DNA from: Podarcis melisellensis
Lineage: Eukaryota
Assembly (NCBI GenBank): GCA_964234715.1
Contig: OZ174284.1
DNA length: 64,000 nt
Reading direction: 5' to 3' (one strand)
Every line of letters starts with the position of its first letter. The stretch's first letter is position 1. Under the pieces are notes generated by a model that searched no databases, had not been told where the DNA came from, and saw only the letters and a program-made list of their open reading frames with translations. A program made the position numbers and the translations under genes. This document shows positions 61,472 to 64,000 of the stretch, one piece after another.

Positions 61472-64000
61472 TCCGCTGTGTGTGGGCAATAGGCAGCGGT
61501 GGGGGTCGCCTGCCTGTTCAGCAGCGAGTTCTACACAGCAGTCCGTGGGAAGGAAGAAGGATAAATAACGGTGCTTTAACAGTAGAAGTTTAAAGAGAAA
61601 GGGCCGGTTCTGGAACTGTATCCCCTCAGAGCGGCCGTTTCAGTGGACAGTGAGGCGACTCCTTTGGGGCGCAGAAGGGTTGTCACAAACGCCGCTCGTG
61701 ACGCTTAGAGTGAATCTAGGCCCCAAGCGACTCCGCTGCCGTGAGATGTGGTATCAGATTCACGGAGGCTGAGGTTATCGATAGGGAACGAGGCAAAGAT
61801 GGCTCTAGGCTGCCTCCGAGATCAGAGGCCACTTTCCGTTGACCCGCTTTTGGAGAATGCTGAAGACGCGCCTTCTTTCCCTGACCTTTGACACCGTTTT
61901 TTTTTTTCGGGATCCACCCTACTGTTACTTAACTGTTTTTTTATTTATTTATTTTGAAAAATAAATAAATGATTGCAGCCTGCCCTGGGAACTGCTGCTG
62001 AAGGCCAGGTAATCAAACTTAATCATAATAATTAAATAACAGAAAGAACACTAGGAGACAGCTGTTGTTGCCCTCATCGCTTGATGGTGGGGCAGCCCAT
62101 AAACATCTGGCTCTCCACTGTGGGAAATGGGATTCCAGGCTACAAAGGCTTTGGTGTAATCCAGTAGATTTTTGTGTGTGTTTAGGGTAAAGCAATCTAG
62201 AGAAATGGTTGTCGTTCTCCAGTGAGGCGGCTACCTATGATGATGGTGATAATAATACTTTGTTATTTATACCCCACCCATCTGAAAAAGTTCTGAAGTT
62301 ATTATTTTCATGAGGTCATCTGGAATAATTAAAAGACGTCAGCTGTCAAGCTACAAGACCTCAGTGTAGCTCATACTACTTTTGTCATTTTCCAAATACA
62401 CACACAAGAGTTTTGTGGCACTTTAGCAAATACTGTATGGGGAAGGATCCTATGCTTCAGTCACTCGGCTAAGTGGCTTACATGGCAGAAGCCATTTGAT
62501 GCTATTGCTATACGAGGTATGCTGACACAACTGTGCAGATACACCAATGCAACACCGCTATGTTGACACAACTCCAGTGTAGCAGCCAAACAGTGTGGAG
62601 ACATTGGCAGGACAGGGAGGAGCAGACCTTGAACGTCTTGAACATGCCCTCAGCAATGGCAGAATTTACACAGCCCATAATGCTGGTCTAAGGAAAATTT
62701 CTTCCATTCACTTTGGTAGAAACAGGAGGGGGATCACTACCTACCCACATTGCCTTGCTAGATTATAAGCAGGCTGGATCCCTAGATCCAAAGTGTAGGC
62801 TAAAACACACTCCTCAACAGGAGAGAGCCCACAGCAGAGTTTAAAACCACAAAATCATGCAGCGCAGTGAAGCATGAGGAATATAGGCTGTTAGACCTTT
62901 TGCTTCCCCTCTCTAGCCCTCTCTCAATGAACACAACACACTGCTAATAAGTTTTAATACTTTACTTAACAACTCCAAAGATCAGATTCATGCATTATTC
63001 CATGCAGCAGCAAGAACACAGGTAGAAAATTATTGCATTACAAAATACAGAAAAAATATTTCTGAGCACGCAGTCTGGACTTGAAGCAGTCGAGTTTAAG
63101 TTGAGTGTGCTAAAGAACAGGAGATGGAAGATGAGGCTGGTTGAGTGTCTCATGCTTCACTGGACAACTTAAAGGTACAGCGTCAACAGGGCTGGCATCA
63201 AGGGTCAGCAAGGTCAAGCACCTGCTGAGGATTCACATCCCAGCAAGGGGCCCTTTAACAAGAGCCCTCTAGATCTGCTACAACAAAGTGGTAGACTGAC
63301 AAGGGAGGGGGCCCATGGAGAATGTCTTGCTATGGTGCCCTCTGAAACCTGAAGCTGACAGTGAGCATCAGTCTCTAGTGACTGGATAGCTAGGGCAATG
63401 TTTTGGAAACACTGCAATGCTATTCATGCTCCAGAAACAGTACATTCCACTGAACACAGTTTGACTTACTTCTGAGTAAATATGCATCCTATGAGCTTGT
63501 AATTTAATTTAATTTTCTAAGCGTTGTCCTTTTTATCCTGGGATATGCAAATAAAAAAATAATTCTTAGAACTGAAACCTGCAGCAGAATCTTTCTACTC
63601 TTCTCCTAAAATGTACAATTGGTGTTTCATTCTAGATACTGATTGGAATGTGGGAACCTGATTAACGATTTACTTTATTTTGCAAAACATGAGGAACAAG
63701 TTTCTTCTTGTTTAGGAGAATGTTTATGAGACAAAGAAGAACTTTTTAACTAGGGCAATCCTATGTCTGAAAGAATGTCATACCACATACTGGACACTTT
63801 GCAGCAGAGAGGTCTAAAATGTACCCAAATCTTATGTTAGCTCTCTTTTCCTTTGTTATCAGTTAGTATCAGTTTCTGCTTTACAGCATTATCTAATAGA
63901 GAAAAGGAAAGTGTTTCCTCAGAGGAAATATTTGAAGTATAGTGACAATTAAGTAGCAAGCTACTGTGTGCTTCCTGAATTGGATGTGTTTAGATACAGT

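Larger units (their letters stand above)
60500..61900. promoter_or_regulatory. CpG island covering the ZFC3H1 promoter and exon 1
   Basis: Abrupt rise in GC and CpG density relative to the AT-rich, CpG-poor flanks; boundaries approximate. Confidence 0.9.

Noticed and set aside
60095-61593. Long + strand and alternate-frame ORFs (446, 211, 198, 150 and 101 aa) over ZFC3H1 exon 1
   Set aside because: GC-rich, stop-poor CpG island sequence antisense to a real exon; low-complexity translations with no recognisable domain.

Overview
This is vertebrate genomic DNA, most likely from a lacertid lizard; the taxon is inferred from Sauria SINE copies and other squamate repeats. Two convergent genes fill the window. 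On the + strand is the 3' half of LGR5: 11 exons from 1302 to the stop at 15575, corresponding to human exons 8-18, with a likely poly(A) signal at 16902. On the - strand is the complete ZFC3H1 (PAXT nuclear exosome adaptor): 35 coding exons from the ATG at 61157 to the stop at 27020, which splice in frame to 5967 nt (1988 aa). A CpG-island promoter carries BANP-type and ZNF143/THAP11-type motifs. Introns and the intergenic gap hold Sauria SINEs, Tc1/mariner and hAT MITEs, CR1 and L2 remnants, and a young 5'-truncated RTE-X-like LINE nested three layers deep. I see no wholly new biological system. The most interesting signals are post-transcriptional features of ZFC3H1: a U12-type (minor spliceosome) intron 1, a candidate 64-nt poison exon in intron 5, and tandem NAG acceptors. 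Together these suggest testable regulation of an RNA-decay factor. Orthologue comparisons are from memory, not from a database search.
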